From NCBI GenBank assembly GCA_026025795.1, contig JAPEUG010000076.1, forward strand, positions 1 through 54,735: a stretch of 54,735 bases of DNA, in the 5' to 3' direction. Within the stretch, counting starts at the first letter, position 1. Each line of letters begins with the position of its first letter. The position numbers and the translations under genes are program-made. The DNA comes from Thelocarpon superellum. Its lineage: Eukaryota. The notes under the pieces were generated by a model that was not told the DNA's origin, did no database searches, and worked only from the letters and a program-made list of their open reading frames with translations. Shown one piece after another: positions 26,006 through 38,791 of this stretch.

Positions 26006-26251
26006 CTCGTTATAGGATTGCTGTTATGATACTCTTCGGCTTCAGAAGGCTTCGTCACCACGATCCTGTTCTATATTCGCAAGGTCTATCTCGTAGTGAT
26101 CGCCAAGTCTACGGTTCGCCCACCCGGCAACACGACAGCCCGCTGGCCTCTCTGCGGACCACGCACGGTTACTGTCAACGACCACCACTGCGGGGCTAGC
26201 GCGTCGCACCCTGATGGTATCCTGGCCCTTCACACGAGACTCTGCTCGCAC

Positions 26252-29200
26252 CTAGAATGACCCGGCCAGCGAGGGCGCATCGTGGAACACATCGATCAAA
26301 CATCCTGCGGACCACGCCTGGGTCGGGGACTGGCCAGCGTCAGCTTCCGAATTGGCCACGTGCGGACGCGCCGTGATCGGGACTCACCGAATCCGCGCAG
26401 TATTCGCCGTTTTTGTTTGTCAGCTCCGTCAGGCCGGCCCACGGGCTCTCGACGATGGCCTGCTTGCAGCCCTCGAGCCGTCGCGTGATCTGCTGCAGGC
26501 TCTCGATACGCTCCTCCGGCGTCGTCCGACGCACCAAGTCGAAGCGCAGCAAGGCGCGTAAGAAGAAGCCCGTGGGCCACACCCACTCCGGGCCCTGGTG
26601 ATAGTTGCGTCCTTTGGACGTGGCAAAGTCGCTCGAGTCCTCTGAATTGTTATAGTAGGGTCGATAGTTGAGGTCGCTCGGATCCAGCGTGGCCATGCCC
26701 GTTGGCCCCCGGATCTCCCGATCCGCCGTGAGAAGCGCGCCCAGTGCCCGGGCAGGGTCAAAGAGCTGCGGTGCCACGCACATGGCGATGGGGAAGTTGG
26801 CTCGCAGCTGATAATCTTCGTACTCTTGCCCGCATCGGTATATATCCTTGTAGATACCCCGACGATGAACCACGGCTGGGTTCACGTCAAACGCGGCGTC
26901 CTCGTCGGGCGAGGTGGGGACGTAGTAGCACCGTTCGAAGTGGTCCCTGATGAGACTGGCCCACTCTAGGTACGTCACATCACGGCCATCGCCGGTCGTA
27001 ACCCCAGCGTGGGCAAAGTGACCCTGCGGGTGGATCTTGGAGAGCCAGGCGACGGTGCTGTACAGTAAACCGGTGATCTCGATCGCAGCGCCATCGCGCG
27101 GCGTCCCCGGCACCCCTTTACTGTTGGCACGTTCGCTTTCGCCCATCTTGTCCATCCACGTGCCACAGTTCGACCGATTGCCACCAAAGACCAAGCCTGT
27201 CGTCCAATCCACTCGTACATCAATCTGAAAGCCCTCCGGGCGCATCTGCATGTCCAACCCGGGACCGGCGTTTGCCTCGCGGAACGAAAGGCCCGTCGCG
27301 TGCCTTTGCAAGGCCTCTTGGATGACGTCAGCTACCGTCGACGAGGTCGAGTAGGCGCGGGGGTCGTCAAATGCAAACCACGTGTCATCATAGGGCAGGA
27401 ATCGTCGCCGTACGGTCTCACGCAGGATGCTCACCCCCTCGGGCACGATCGCGGCATAGTCTTGAATGGCCTGGAGGAAGAACCAGATGGAGTCTCGCGA
27501 GTTGTATCGCGGGGCCTTGCCGTCGCTAAGCAGATTCGGGATCATGCCGTGTTTAAGCACGCTCGCAAAAGCGAGGATGTGCTCACGCGCGTCCGCATAT
27601 CGTCCCGTGCCGAGAAGGAGCCCGCGCAACGAGATGAAGACATCGCGACCCCAGCATCGCGCCCATCCAGAGGCGAAATGCGGCAGGCCCGCTGCGAGGC
27701 AAGGCACGCTTCGGTCGGGATACAGCGAGGCGGATCGTGTATAGCCCATCTGTTGGACGCTGACCATCGCGAGGCTCTGAAGAAAGGGCTGGCCCCTCCG
27801 TACCTGCTCGCCCATTAAGCTGATGCCACGATCCCACGCCGCATTGTACGCCGTTTGAATCACCAGGGCGAAATAGCGGGGGAGCAAAAAGCTGGGGATC
27901 TTGCGGATGGTATCGAAACGCTCGCGCAGCCATTTTGCGGGAGATCGCAGGCGTTCATGACCTGCGTCTTGCGACCTGCGCTCCAAGCGGCCGACGACGT
28001 GGTCCAGTGCCCACTGCCCGGCGCGAAGGTGCTCGCACAGCGGATGACCGAGATCGTTGGTGTGGATGACGTTCTTCAACATACTCCACCAGCCCTGGAA
28101 GCCGGCATAGACGAGTGGTCCCAGTTTCGGGACGGTGTACACCCCGTCGCGACCATGGCTGGAATCCCGCTCCTCGGCCTCGCACCGATACAGGACAAAG
28201 TTGAGATCGATCAACGTGAGGTCTGCAAAGGCCTCCGTTGCACCACTGGTGACAAAGGTGTCAAGTCCACCGGGATAGTCGGCACTGGGGATGGACGTTT
28301 CAAACAGCGCAATGCTGCCCGGAGGAAACGAGCCAGTCACAGAGATGACCGTCTCCTGCGCGCTCTTCTCAAGCGTGATGGCACCATGGTCGACCAGACG
28401 ACTTGGTAGGCCAGTGAACGTCGCCGGTGGCCCCTGCGCCGCGGCATCGGGCGATTTCTCCGTGTCTACCTCGAGCGACCAGCTTCCAATCTGCCGCGCT
28501 ATCGTCCGAGATAGATGTACGGGGCCAAGGGGCGGGCCATCATCCTCGGAGTCCCGAAAAGCGGTTCTCGCAATCAGAAAGTACCCTTTCTTTGATTTCG
28601 GATGGACCCGATGCACCGTGATGTACTGGTCCTCGTGATGAATGAACGTCTCGTCGTAGCCGTCTTGGCCCATGCAAGTATGCATTTCGTTCAATCGCTG
28701 CTTGAGGTCGCCAATGCCCGTCAGCGTCGTCCAGACGTCGGCCGCCAGGTTGACATCACGCGGCTCGCAGGTCGTGTAGAGACGGGTGTCGTGGACGAGA
28801 TCGACCTGGCGCGGGTAGATTTCGTCAAAGGCCACGACGCTACCCGTGGCGCACGCACACATGGCAACAAGCGCCGCATTGGGTAGCGTATCTCGCGCCT
28901 GACGTTTCTGCGCCGGCAGCTCGTTGTCGTGGGTGCAGTCCATGAACAACGCATGGACCGGCGTCTGCTTGATCCGGTGCACCGCTTCGCGCTGGAGCGT
29001 GCCACTGGCCGTCGCCAAATCCGTCGAGGCCGCTTCATCAATCTCAAAGCTTCCAATGGGCCGACCACCGTGGCGATGCACGAGCCGACTGAGCTCACCC
29101 GGACCCCAGGCTTGCATGGCTTCGCGGATCAGTGAGTTTAGACCTAGCCGCTCCACAAAGACGTAGTCCATCTCCTCTGACCCCGTGAATAGCTCCGCGC

Positions 29201-30995
29201 AGACGAACAAGTTGGGTTGGACCTTGCGAGCTTCGTTGAGCAGGTATTCGCCTACCGCGAGGGGGGTCGAATGGCAATTGTCGATCCGGAAACCAACGAA
29301 ATGCTTGGCCATGAGCCGCGTGTAGCGGGTCATGTAGTCCCACAAGAACGGGTTGTCCTCGGGACCATTGCCGTAGCGGAGCTTGACGCAATCGCTCCAC
29401 ACGATAATCTCGCGACGAAGGTAGGCTCGCGTGCCCGGTCCGGCATTGTCCTTCATCGCATCGGCGGCCCAGAGCCAGCCGTTGTTCACCAAGGCCAGCG
29501 ATTTGGGCGAATGCTTGCGCGTGGTCTCGTTGTCCGGGAGTCGGGTGAAATAGGGCTCGATGAGCGGGCTCTTCGCAGAGATTTCGCCCAGCCTCGGGCC
29601 ATGCTCATCCAGCCGAAGGTACTTGAGGCGGTTGAAGAGCTGCTCCACAATCACCGCATGGTCGGCGTCATATTCTTGATAGAATGGCACATTGACAGCG
29701 TCCAGAATCTTGGTGATTTCCTCACGTGCCGCACTTTCCCGACCTGCGTCGGATCCGTTGCCTTCATGACCTCCATACGGTCCAAAGATGGCAGTCAGTA
29801 GCGAAGCGCCAACAGTTGGTTCAACCTTCCGGTAGAATCGTGGTCCCAGCCGGGCCGATGATCGGTCTAGCAGGAAGTCGGCCTTCTCTCGGACCGGCCA
29901 ATGAGAGGCGTCCGTCAGCGAGCTCTTCGTTGTCGACGTCCCTGCCTTTCCTTCCATCCAAGCTTGGATGGCGGCCGTAGCGTTGGCTTTCACATCCACC
30001 ACATAATATTCCCACAGCTTGAGTGATTCGAGGACGTGCAATTTCACCCCGTCCACCAGCCTCCGGAGATCCCCCTCGCTTTGTATGTCGGTGGGGATAT
30101 CCAAGCTCGCAAGTTTCCCACTTATGTCCAGCAACGCCGTGTCGAGCTCTAGGGCCGACTCCAGCCAGGGGGCTGTGTCGACGTTGTAACCAGCCTCGGG
30201 GTGCTCTTCGAGCCATTTGCTATTCATGGCGGTATGGTTCCAGACAATGTCGGTCAGGGCCAGCATTCCGTGATCTCGCTCGAGGCGATCGACTAGCTGG
30301 ACGATGTCATCCTCACCCTTGGGGAAGCAGAGGGGATCGAAGGCCAATTGGTCATAGATGCTATACGGTGAGTTCGTTGCGCCTCGATGCATCAATGGGG
30401 TGAAGTGGATCATGTTGTATCGCCGCCGGCCAATGCTGTGAAGATGTGCCTCCCATTGGGGTGGGTAGGTGCCCATAGACTTGGACAGTACGGAGATGAT
30501 GGAGAGGGCATCAAGACGAAGTGGGCCGCCATTGATCGTCAGACGCGGCGACACGTCGATGTAATAGGTCGGGGTGCACGTGGGCTTGAGGGCCTTGACG
30601 CTGCCAGTGGCTAGATCTGGCAGGGTGGAGTGGGTGGTGTAAAATGCAAAGGCACCAGCGGCTACAATGGGGATGGAGATCTCAATGTTTCGGCTGAAAT
30701 CAGGACGCAATCTATTGAGGCCACAGCTTAGTATCGTGGCGTGTAGGAGCTGACGAGCATCCTACTTGAATTCACGAAAGTGGTCCTTCACAAAGTCCTC
30801 CCCTTTGGTCGGGAGGTTGACCCATAAGCTGCCCTCCCGACAGATCGAGCTCGTGCCTTCAATGGAGAAACGCACGACGTACGGCGGTACGGTTGGGGGC
30901 GGGAGGGAGATGTAGCGCCCTGGCACGTCCGGTGCTCCCGAGTCGGTCAATGGGAGGAGATAGACGTCTCGAGTGTCCTCAAGCGGCGAAGACAT
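26252..30995 (-). CDS. GDB1: Glycogen debranching enzyme (4-alpha-glucanotransferase/amylo-1,6-glucosidase)
   Basis: YNMIHFTP, GFRIDNCHSTP, MDCTHDNE, RCWGRDVFIS, GTWMDKMG and YHQGPEW motifs. Spliced terminal exon SPTQAWS ends at TAG 26252. Confidence 0.97.
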
Positions 30996-31985
30996 GTCGC
31001 CTCTCGTGTGGCTGAAGAGGACAAGGGAACACACAGATGCTTCAATTGCTCCCGTCACCTGCCTCCAGAGCTCAGAGATCGTAACATGACCGTGACTGCT
31101 GTTGAATTGGCGTCTGGCGGTGGGAGTGCTCTCTCACGACGGGGGTGTAATGGCTCGAGGATGACACGAGAACTTGATTCTGTCCCATTGTTGGGCGTTG
31201 ACAGGGTTTAAACTAGCTCAGGGCCTCCCTTCCGCTGCCCCACTTGAAGCTCAGGTCGGTGAGCGCGAGGACGAGTACTCGCACTCTTTTCGCTTGCGGG
31301 CTAAGCCGGCGAAGTCGGAATACTCGTACCTGCAGCGGCACCACCAAGAGCCATCGGTGATCCAACTACGAGACTCGGTTGCTTCACTTACACACAAAGG
31401 CTCTCTGGTCAAATCAACGGGCCCTAGTTGTCTCGAGATATTCCTGCTTCAGCTGTATTGCTAGCGAACCAGGCTCAGCTCCAACTTTCAACTTCCTTTT
31501 TGGGGGCTTTGAGGTACTCTGCTCGCACAATTGCTCGTTCTCCTTCACAGAAGCCTGTTTCACGACTGGCCCTATGCAAACGCTTTTAAGCTTGTAACCC
31601 GCTGGAGGGTTGGACACAACGCGGTCGTTGGATCGTCCAGGATGAGACAAGACTTGTTTGAAGACGTATAGAACATAGAGTCGGAGGTCTGATCATGCCA
31701 TGCAGTGCGCCTAGATAGCGAAGCGGTGTTGAGAATGATTTGAGTTACCACTGCGGCAAACGATGCCACATGACAGCGATAATGAACCCTGCGACTTGAG
31801 GGTCTAAAAGGTTTGTGCATCAGTGCAGGTGATGTTCAAGTTCTTCTGCTTCACGGACCCTGATGCAACAACGTTCGTGCACCGCGTATTTCACATCTCA
31901 TCTTTCATCCCACAACCAGCGTCCAGTCGATCCTAGGCCGAACCCGACCCCGCGCGAAAGCAACTTCCTCGAACCCATGCCCCGA

Positions 31986-32338
31986 TCATCTAAGTCGTCG
32001 CGCCTCACGTTCCGACTCGAGCAAGCAGAGAATGTCATCTTCCCGAACTAGAGAGCGATGTCGTCAGCACTCGCAATCATCAACTCACGCCCCACCCAAG
32101 GCCGGGAGACGAGGCGGGGATCGAAGATGACGCCTACCTGGGCCCTTGACGTTGCGGATGATGCTTCGGGTAGTATCGTCCATGAACTCGACGCGCACCT
32201 GGGTGACACCTCCACGAGAACCTAAAGGTCATCAGAGGCTTGGTCTTCCATTCCACCTCAAGGATATATCGGCTTACCGGTTCGGCCCAGAACCCGGGTG
32301 ACCTTGACCAACTTGACGGGAACCTTGGAGGAATCCAT
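31986..32338 (-). CDS. RPS28: 40S ribosomal protein S28 (eS28), three coding exons
   Basis: Manual splicing gives [68 protein letters not shown]. Not present in the ORF track. Confidence 0.97.
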
Positions 32339-32786
32339 ACTGAGCGACCTGGTGATTTGATAAGGAAATGCAACCCAGATGCGATTCGTGGATGGGACTT
32401 CACCAACCGTTGCGAGGTTGCGCTGGATGTTGGTCGGAGGGGGTATGTGGTGGTGAAGAAGCGGTAGATGTGTCTGTCATTATCGAGCGAAAGTTCGCAA
32501 GCGATCTGAGCAGGGTCAGCGCGCTAAGGGCAAACCCGTGCCGCTTACCTGGGCTAGCGTTATGGCGGGGTCATGTCAAGTGATGAGTAACATTCACAGC
32601 CCGCTGAGCGTCGGGATGTCAGGAGTACCTGCCACTGAGATTGAAGCTCTACCTGTTACCTCGATGCGCTTGATCGTATCATTTGGGTGACCATGTTGGC
32701 CACGAGCCCATACATGAGCTCATAAGAATAGCCGTGTCTTACGGCCCGAGGATCTCTCTTCGCAGCTGCGCAGCGATCGGTCGAGA

Positions 32787-33960
32787 ATGGATATCGTCAA
32801 TCAGTAGGTCCTCTTGCGCCGGGTTCAATGGCTCACGTTTCCAACTGACTGTACAGCCTCGAAGGTCGGCTGCTGTTTGCCGTGCCGAAGAGTAAGATAG
32901 ACCTTGCACAATGACTGTCCGTCCAAGACGTCCCGCGGAAGCAGAGAGGCTGATAGGTGGGCCGTCCAGAGGGTCGGCTCCAGCAATCGGCCCTGGATCT
33001 GCTGGAGGGGTCGAGCATCAAATTCCGTCGCAAGGATCGCGTGGATATCGCGCTGGTTACCAATCTCGACATCGCGCTGGTCTTCCTCCCAGCTGCCGAT
33101 ATCCCGACATTCGTCGGCGAGGGCCGAGTCGACTTAGGGATCACGGGGCGCGACCAAGTTGCCGAGCACGATGCGGCCACGCCATCCACAACCACGAGCG
33201 GAGTCGAAGAGGTGATGGATCTGGAGTTCGGGCGGTGTCGACTACAAGTCCAGGTGCCAGAGGACGGCCCTACCGCGGAGGCCCGGCAATTGGTGGGACG
33301 GAGCGTAGCCACGAGCTTCGTTAACCTCACCACGGCCTACTTTGCGGGCCTGGAAGGCGTCGAGCTAGGCCAGAGTCTAAAGACACAGGTCAAGTATCTG
33401 GGAGGAAGTGTGGAAACGGCATGCACCCTTGGCGTCGCGGACGGTATTGTCGATCTAGTTGGTACGTGGTACCCCATCGAGCGAACGAATCGAGCACCGA
33501 CTTACGGGGGCGTCATGACAGAGTCCGGAGAGACGATGAAGGCCGCGGGATTGAAACCGATCGCGACGGTGGTTGAAAGCACCGCGGTGTTGATCAAGTC
33601 GAAACGACCGTCGAACCCAGCGCTCGTCTCACTGATCATGTCGCGCATCGAAGGATTCGTCAGTACGTGGCCCAGACCAAGCTGAAGCATGCCCCTGTCT
33701 CTCACGACTGACCCCGTGTAGCGGCGCGAAAATACGTGCTGTGCCAATACAACGTGGAGCGCATCAATCTCGAAGCGGCCACGGCCATCACGCCGGGCAA
33801 GCGGGCTCCGACGATCAACGCGGTGGAAAAGGACGGCTGGGTGGCTGTGAGTTCGATGGTGGAGAAGAAGAATGTAGCCACGGCCATGGACGCCCTGATC
33901 AAGATTGGCGCTCAGGATATCCTCGAGTTGGCAATCGCTAATACCCGCATGGGCGACTGA
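32787..33960 (+). CDS. HIS1: ATP phosphoribosyltransferase
   Basis: MDIVNH|LEGRLLFAVPKK|GRL, DIPTFVGEGRVDLGITG, GSVETAC..GVADGIVDLV|ESGETM and TPGKRAPT motifs. Confidence 0.96.
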
Positions 33961-34168
33961 ATAGTCACTGGGTCGTGTGAGAGCGAGCGCTAGATGATGT
34001 ATAATTTTATTCCCCGTCTCCAGCCCCTAGCCATAGAAAGGGCGTTTGTTCCAAGCTTCGACGCCTCGCAATAAACCGACAACACGAAAACACGAAAACA
34101 CGAAGAAGCAATGACATACTAAGACAAGAGGGGCCTTGGTTATGTGAACGCGTAGAACAGAGCATTTC

Positions 34169-35857
34169 TCAAGGAGAAGAGACCTCGTGCTTGGCTGCAG
34201 TATTGATTTTCCCAAGCTCAGCAAAGCCATCGGACGGATTAGAATCGGAGGTCGTGTTTGCGTTGCTGACGGTCTTGTTTGCGTACAGGTCTGCGTCCGG
34301 GTCTACGTCCGAAGCTGCGTCCAGGTCGGCAGTCTCCGTCGCGTTGATGCTCGGGTCCGCGGCGTCGGTGATATTGAAACCTAGATCTGAATATGCCGGC
34401 TCGGCGAGATTGGACGCTACAGCCGCCGTCACATTCAACGTCGGACCCGTAATCATCATGGGGTCCAACTCTGCCGTGGCGGTCGAGCCCAGCGTCGTAT
34501 TCAGTCGCGCTTTCACTTGCTCGTAGAGGGTGATGTTGCGGAACAGAGCGGTATTGTGCGGGATGATGGAAAAGTTCAGACTCGCCCACGCGGGCGGCCA
34601 GGTCTGGTTGGTGGTGACGGGCGGCCCAGTCTGATTCGTGGCGGAGTCGGATAGGCAGCGTCCATGCGGGCAGATGCGGGGATAGATGGGTTCGTCGCGT
34701 AGCTCGCCCGTCCCCATCCAGATGTAGTTTCCCATGTAGTCGATATTGAGGGGATGGAGGGTGACACTTCCGATGTGCGGGACGTAGTTGGCGAGGAAAT
34801 AATTCACCCGTTCCCATCGCTGCTCGCAGAAGACGTAGAATGATCCCTCGAGACTCGCTTGGTTGACGTAGGCAGCGATGACGCGTGCGATATGAATGGC
34901 GTTCAGGAAATACGCCCGTCGGATCTTTCGCGCATAGGAATGGACCAGTTCGAAGACGTCTTGGTTTACCTGAAGACTCATTGGATCTATTCGCGGTGAC
35001 TGCTCATTCGAATTAGCATCAGGTCCCTGCTGCGATCCCGTGGAGGTCTGGGTAACGGTGATGGTGGTGGCCAACGGCCCACGTACAGTGAGGAGGAAGG
35101 ACATGATCGAGTTGACCTCGGGAATGATTCCCATCAGATTGCAGGCTTCGTTCATAACATTCTCCCGCAAGTATCGTGCGAAGTCCTGCTCGATATTCCT
35201 ACACGTTAGAGGCATGGCCCACTGGTGACGCAAACTCTTTGGGCGGGTAAGAGAAGAGGAGCATATACGCACGGTATCACTCCCTTCTCGATCGAATACT
35301 TTGAAAAGCGCGGCTCTGCCTTGGTCCATCTTCGCCGCGCGAAACCATTGGAGCACAAAGCTTACGGGAACGATGTGGTCGACTTGCCATGAACCGAGCT
35401 GGCGGTCAGGCCACTGCTGAAAAGGCCAAGGCGGAAAGCAAAGGCCAGGAATGCCGGAAGGGAGCAATGACGGGATCAAAATGTGACCCGCTGCTATGAT
35501 GACTTGCCGGGTGACTACAACACGTCAATTCCGTTCGAACCAACATTAGCCTCGTCACTGACATTCTGTTGGCATGGCCAGCACCCGCGGTCCCGATTGG
35601 CCATCCAATGCGAGTCTTCCACGATCTTTCCGCCGACGAAGCCCAGGTTCGCCGGCACCTTGACCTCCGACATCGGTCTCGTTGGCGTCCAGCGAAAGGA
35701 GCAGAGTATATCCTTGGGTTGGATCGAGAATGGGAAAGAGGTGTCGCAGGCCTGGACATGTCATCGGTCTCGCAATGGTACGGAAAGGGTCGGCCTGGCT
35801 CCGTTGGACTGTCAATCCGAGCAGCACAAGGGCCCAGCCGAGCCTGGACCACGTCAT
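34169..35857 (-). CDS. Secreted orphan protein with HNH-like motif and N-glycosylated low-complexity tail; internal splicing uncertain
   Basis: Signal peptide MTWSRLGWALVLLGLTVQRSQA. An intron near 35516-35562 joins ORF 35555..35857 in frame to ORF 34169..35479. Many NxS/T sites in the C-terminal part. Confidence 0.6.
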
Positions 35858-37072
35858 GACGGCAAATGGGCGACGTTACAGCCAACGCGGAGGAAGAACG
35901 GTGGTACTTTCAAGTGCCACACCAGGCATGCGACACTCGGCACCCTACATATGTCTTTGCCATGGTGTAGGCAAAGACGAGCACGAGGGCTTTCAGCGCA
36001 CACATGCGAGCGTAGTCGTAGGAACAGCCTTCCGGCAGATACTCGTTGGCGGATGGCATTCTCAGGATGACCCCCAACGATAGGACTGCCGAAGGACATG
36101 CGAGTGGGGGCCCCCGAGACGAGCACATGGCATTCACTTCATCTGAGGTATACCTTGGCCAGGCATAGCGCAGGCACGCGATACGGCGGTGAGGATGGGA
36201 TGTCGATGGACCGAAGCACATGATATAGGATTCAAACACTGATCGCCCACATGCATGTGGCACTCAAAGAGATAAAGTTCGACGGCATGATTGCTGCGAG
36301 ATGTGATGGAGATGAACTCGAGGGCAAGCAAGGATGCGAGGACGTGGGGGCGTCGCCGGAGACGACCGGCACACCCACTATGCTGTCCAATGCGTCGGGA
36401 GTTGGCGTCTTTGATCGGTTCATGGCTGTGAACAATTTGCTCGGGAGCGGCTGGAGAGGGAAAGGGTAGCCAACGTCGCAAAGCACCCGCTGGAGCTTGG
36501 TACCTGAGCTTGCCTTCAGTCGGTCGAGGGGTGGCGAACGCGGGATTTGACGAAGTGAATCATTGAGGGACACGGACGAGTGTCAACTCGGTACTCGCAC
36601 GCGTACCGCGCTGTCCCAGCTCCAATCTTGATCCTTCCAGACTACGTTAGCGGGCAAGCAGGCGAGTTTGCAGAAAGCGGCTGGCAGTGAATGCGGGCCA
36701 AGCGTCCCCGTGCTATTGGCTTGAGCTCCTGGGTGGTTCTCACCTCTGAGCGCGGTTTCCGTTGGCCACGGTCCAGGCGCCTCCAAATTTACATTGACAA
36801 TCCACACATGCTTGATTTTGAAACCTCCGAATTTAAGTTAACGGAACGCAGCGGTACATGTTCCTCAAGTTTTGCTGTTGCTGCATCAAGATGGCCGCAT
36901 TCAGGCCGTCGACTTCTGACTCATTCTGGTGTCCCACTTTCATTTTACTCGCGTGCCAGGAAAAAATCATCAGTACGAACAAGTTATGATGATGGTGCGC
37001 TTCGATGTCGTTGCAGCTATGGGAGCTGGCGGCCCGGGCCACTGTGTTCGGCGACGAATCTTCTCACGATCC

Positions 37073-37578
37073 CTAGCGGCAGGATATGGTCTGCGTCATA
37101 GTCCCTTGGTCTAGAGCGGGGGTTGTCGAAGCGAAGGAAGGGATTATCGCCTGCGTCGTGCACAATATGCAGGACGTCGCCAACGTCGAGCGCCGCTCGA
37201 GTGTGGTCTTGCTTTCGTCAGCCAGATATGTCGAGAGAGGGAAGAGGGTTGTCGTCTCACTCCACGTCTCTAATGAAAGCAACCGGAGAGTCGAATCGTC
37301 GGACGCTTGAGCTGACAACGTCTCCGCGGATGCGTCTGAGCCCGTGCCGCGGTCACGACGACCTACGGATCCACCTCGATCTGCTTTCAAATGTTGGCGT
37401 CAGTGGTAAGGTCGAGGAGGTCGTCCAAGTATTCTTTGCCATAGGTGGGCAGACTGTCCGTAACAACAGGTAGAGAGTTGAGGCCGGTGGTAGGCGCGGT
37501 ATCATGATCAAGACCACGAGCAGGCGGAGGAATCGAGAAGGATAATACCAACGTCCAAAGACTTACCCTCGGATGCAT
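37073..37578 (-). pseudogene. Possible frameshifted relic of a secreted protein gene
   Basis: Signal-like N-terminus (MHPRVSLWTLVLSFSIP) ends in a stop that overlaps a second S/T-rich ORF in another frame. No family recognised. Confidence 0.3.
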
Positions 37579-38791
37579 CAGGACCTTGACTATTGATAGA
37601 TGAGATGCAAAGTTTTAATGAGAAGCTCAGCCTGACCAGCTGGATAGATAGTGGCTATCATCTGGGACGTGGGCAAGTGGGAAAGCTCGAGGGCTTGAGG
37701 GCAGTGGAGAAACGCCCAGGATTGGCATCAATCACGGCCGCCAGAGGACTCTCCGATGCCATCATCTGGCCCGTTCCGGTCGGCGCCTAGTCGAACATAT
37801 CCGTCGATTGTGCCAGCTCCAGCTGAGTCCAGGTCGATAGGGGTAGGGTGCGGAATATGACGAGCGTGTTCTGGGAGCACTTCTACGCATTTAGTTGACG
37901 AAGCCTCCTCACATGTCACGAGCAATATTTCAGCTGGCGTGCAAAGAACCCACGGGAAAGACAGTATTGTAGATAGGGGGTAGATCTAGAAGCATGCGGC
38001 GATGCATGTGCAAGCTACTGGGTGAGGCAATTGCGAAGCAGGCATGACAATGCCTCGAGGTACAGAGATCTGCAATGATGCTGAAGCCAACCGCAAAAGT
38101 AATCCGATCGATCGACAAGCCATTGCAGCTTTCCGCCGCCCAGACTGGCTTTGTCTCTCGCACAAGCCTTCGAGTATGTTACACATAGAGGACATAAGCG
38201 AGCGACCGCCTGTGCGAGTCTCTCGGGGCAGTCCATTATTCGAAGACCTCCAACAATATGAAGCATTCCAGCAACGGAGTGCTCCAGAGTGTGGATTCTG
38301 TGGATAATTTCCCAAGCTCCAGACTTGTCTCGCTACAGATCAAGGTCTGTCTGGGTGAGAATGGATCTCGGCGGAAGGGGCTAGGGCAGTTGCATGCTCT
38401 CGTGTGGTAGCTTTGGTCGCGCATTGTTGTCCCCTAATTACGTCCTCGGTGGACTAGGACCAACATACTATGGGTTGAGACCGCGTTCTCGGTGGCATCC
38501 CGAAAAGAAAGTGACAAGTCTGATTGCGATTCACGACTCCCGTCGGGTTTCGAGGCAAGACAATGCGCTCAATGAGTTACGCTACCGCTTGTGACGTGAT
38601 TCAACGACGAGCGTCTCTCGTGCTGGAGACTTCAGATCGAGTCCTTCCAGCAAGGGCAAGATTCGCCGTTCTTTATATCGATATCGTAGCGCAGATGCAG
38701 CCACCGCTCTCCCGTTAACGCCGTTGCAACATGGCGCTTCCGTTCCGACACTTCATGTTCCATTCCCTGTATGCTGCCGTGCTTCAAGTAT

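Noticed and set aside
31174..31464. ORF-track entry MILSHCW... and a possible gene divergent from GDB1
   Set aside because: The peptide actually reads on the plus strand from a TTG, has no recognisable homology, and lies in the GDB1 promoter region.
32580..32640. C/D box snoRNA-like pattern (GTGATGA...CTGA...CTGA)
   Set aside because: No rRNA-complementary guide or terminal stem recognised, and it lies in the RPS28-HIS1 divergent promoter.
38044..38307. Fragment ending SAPECGFCG, reminiscent of N-termini of HET-domain proteins
   Set aside because: Too short, and no downstream HET motifs were found.
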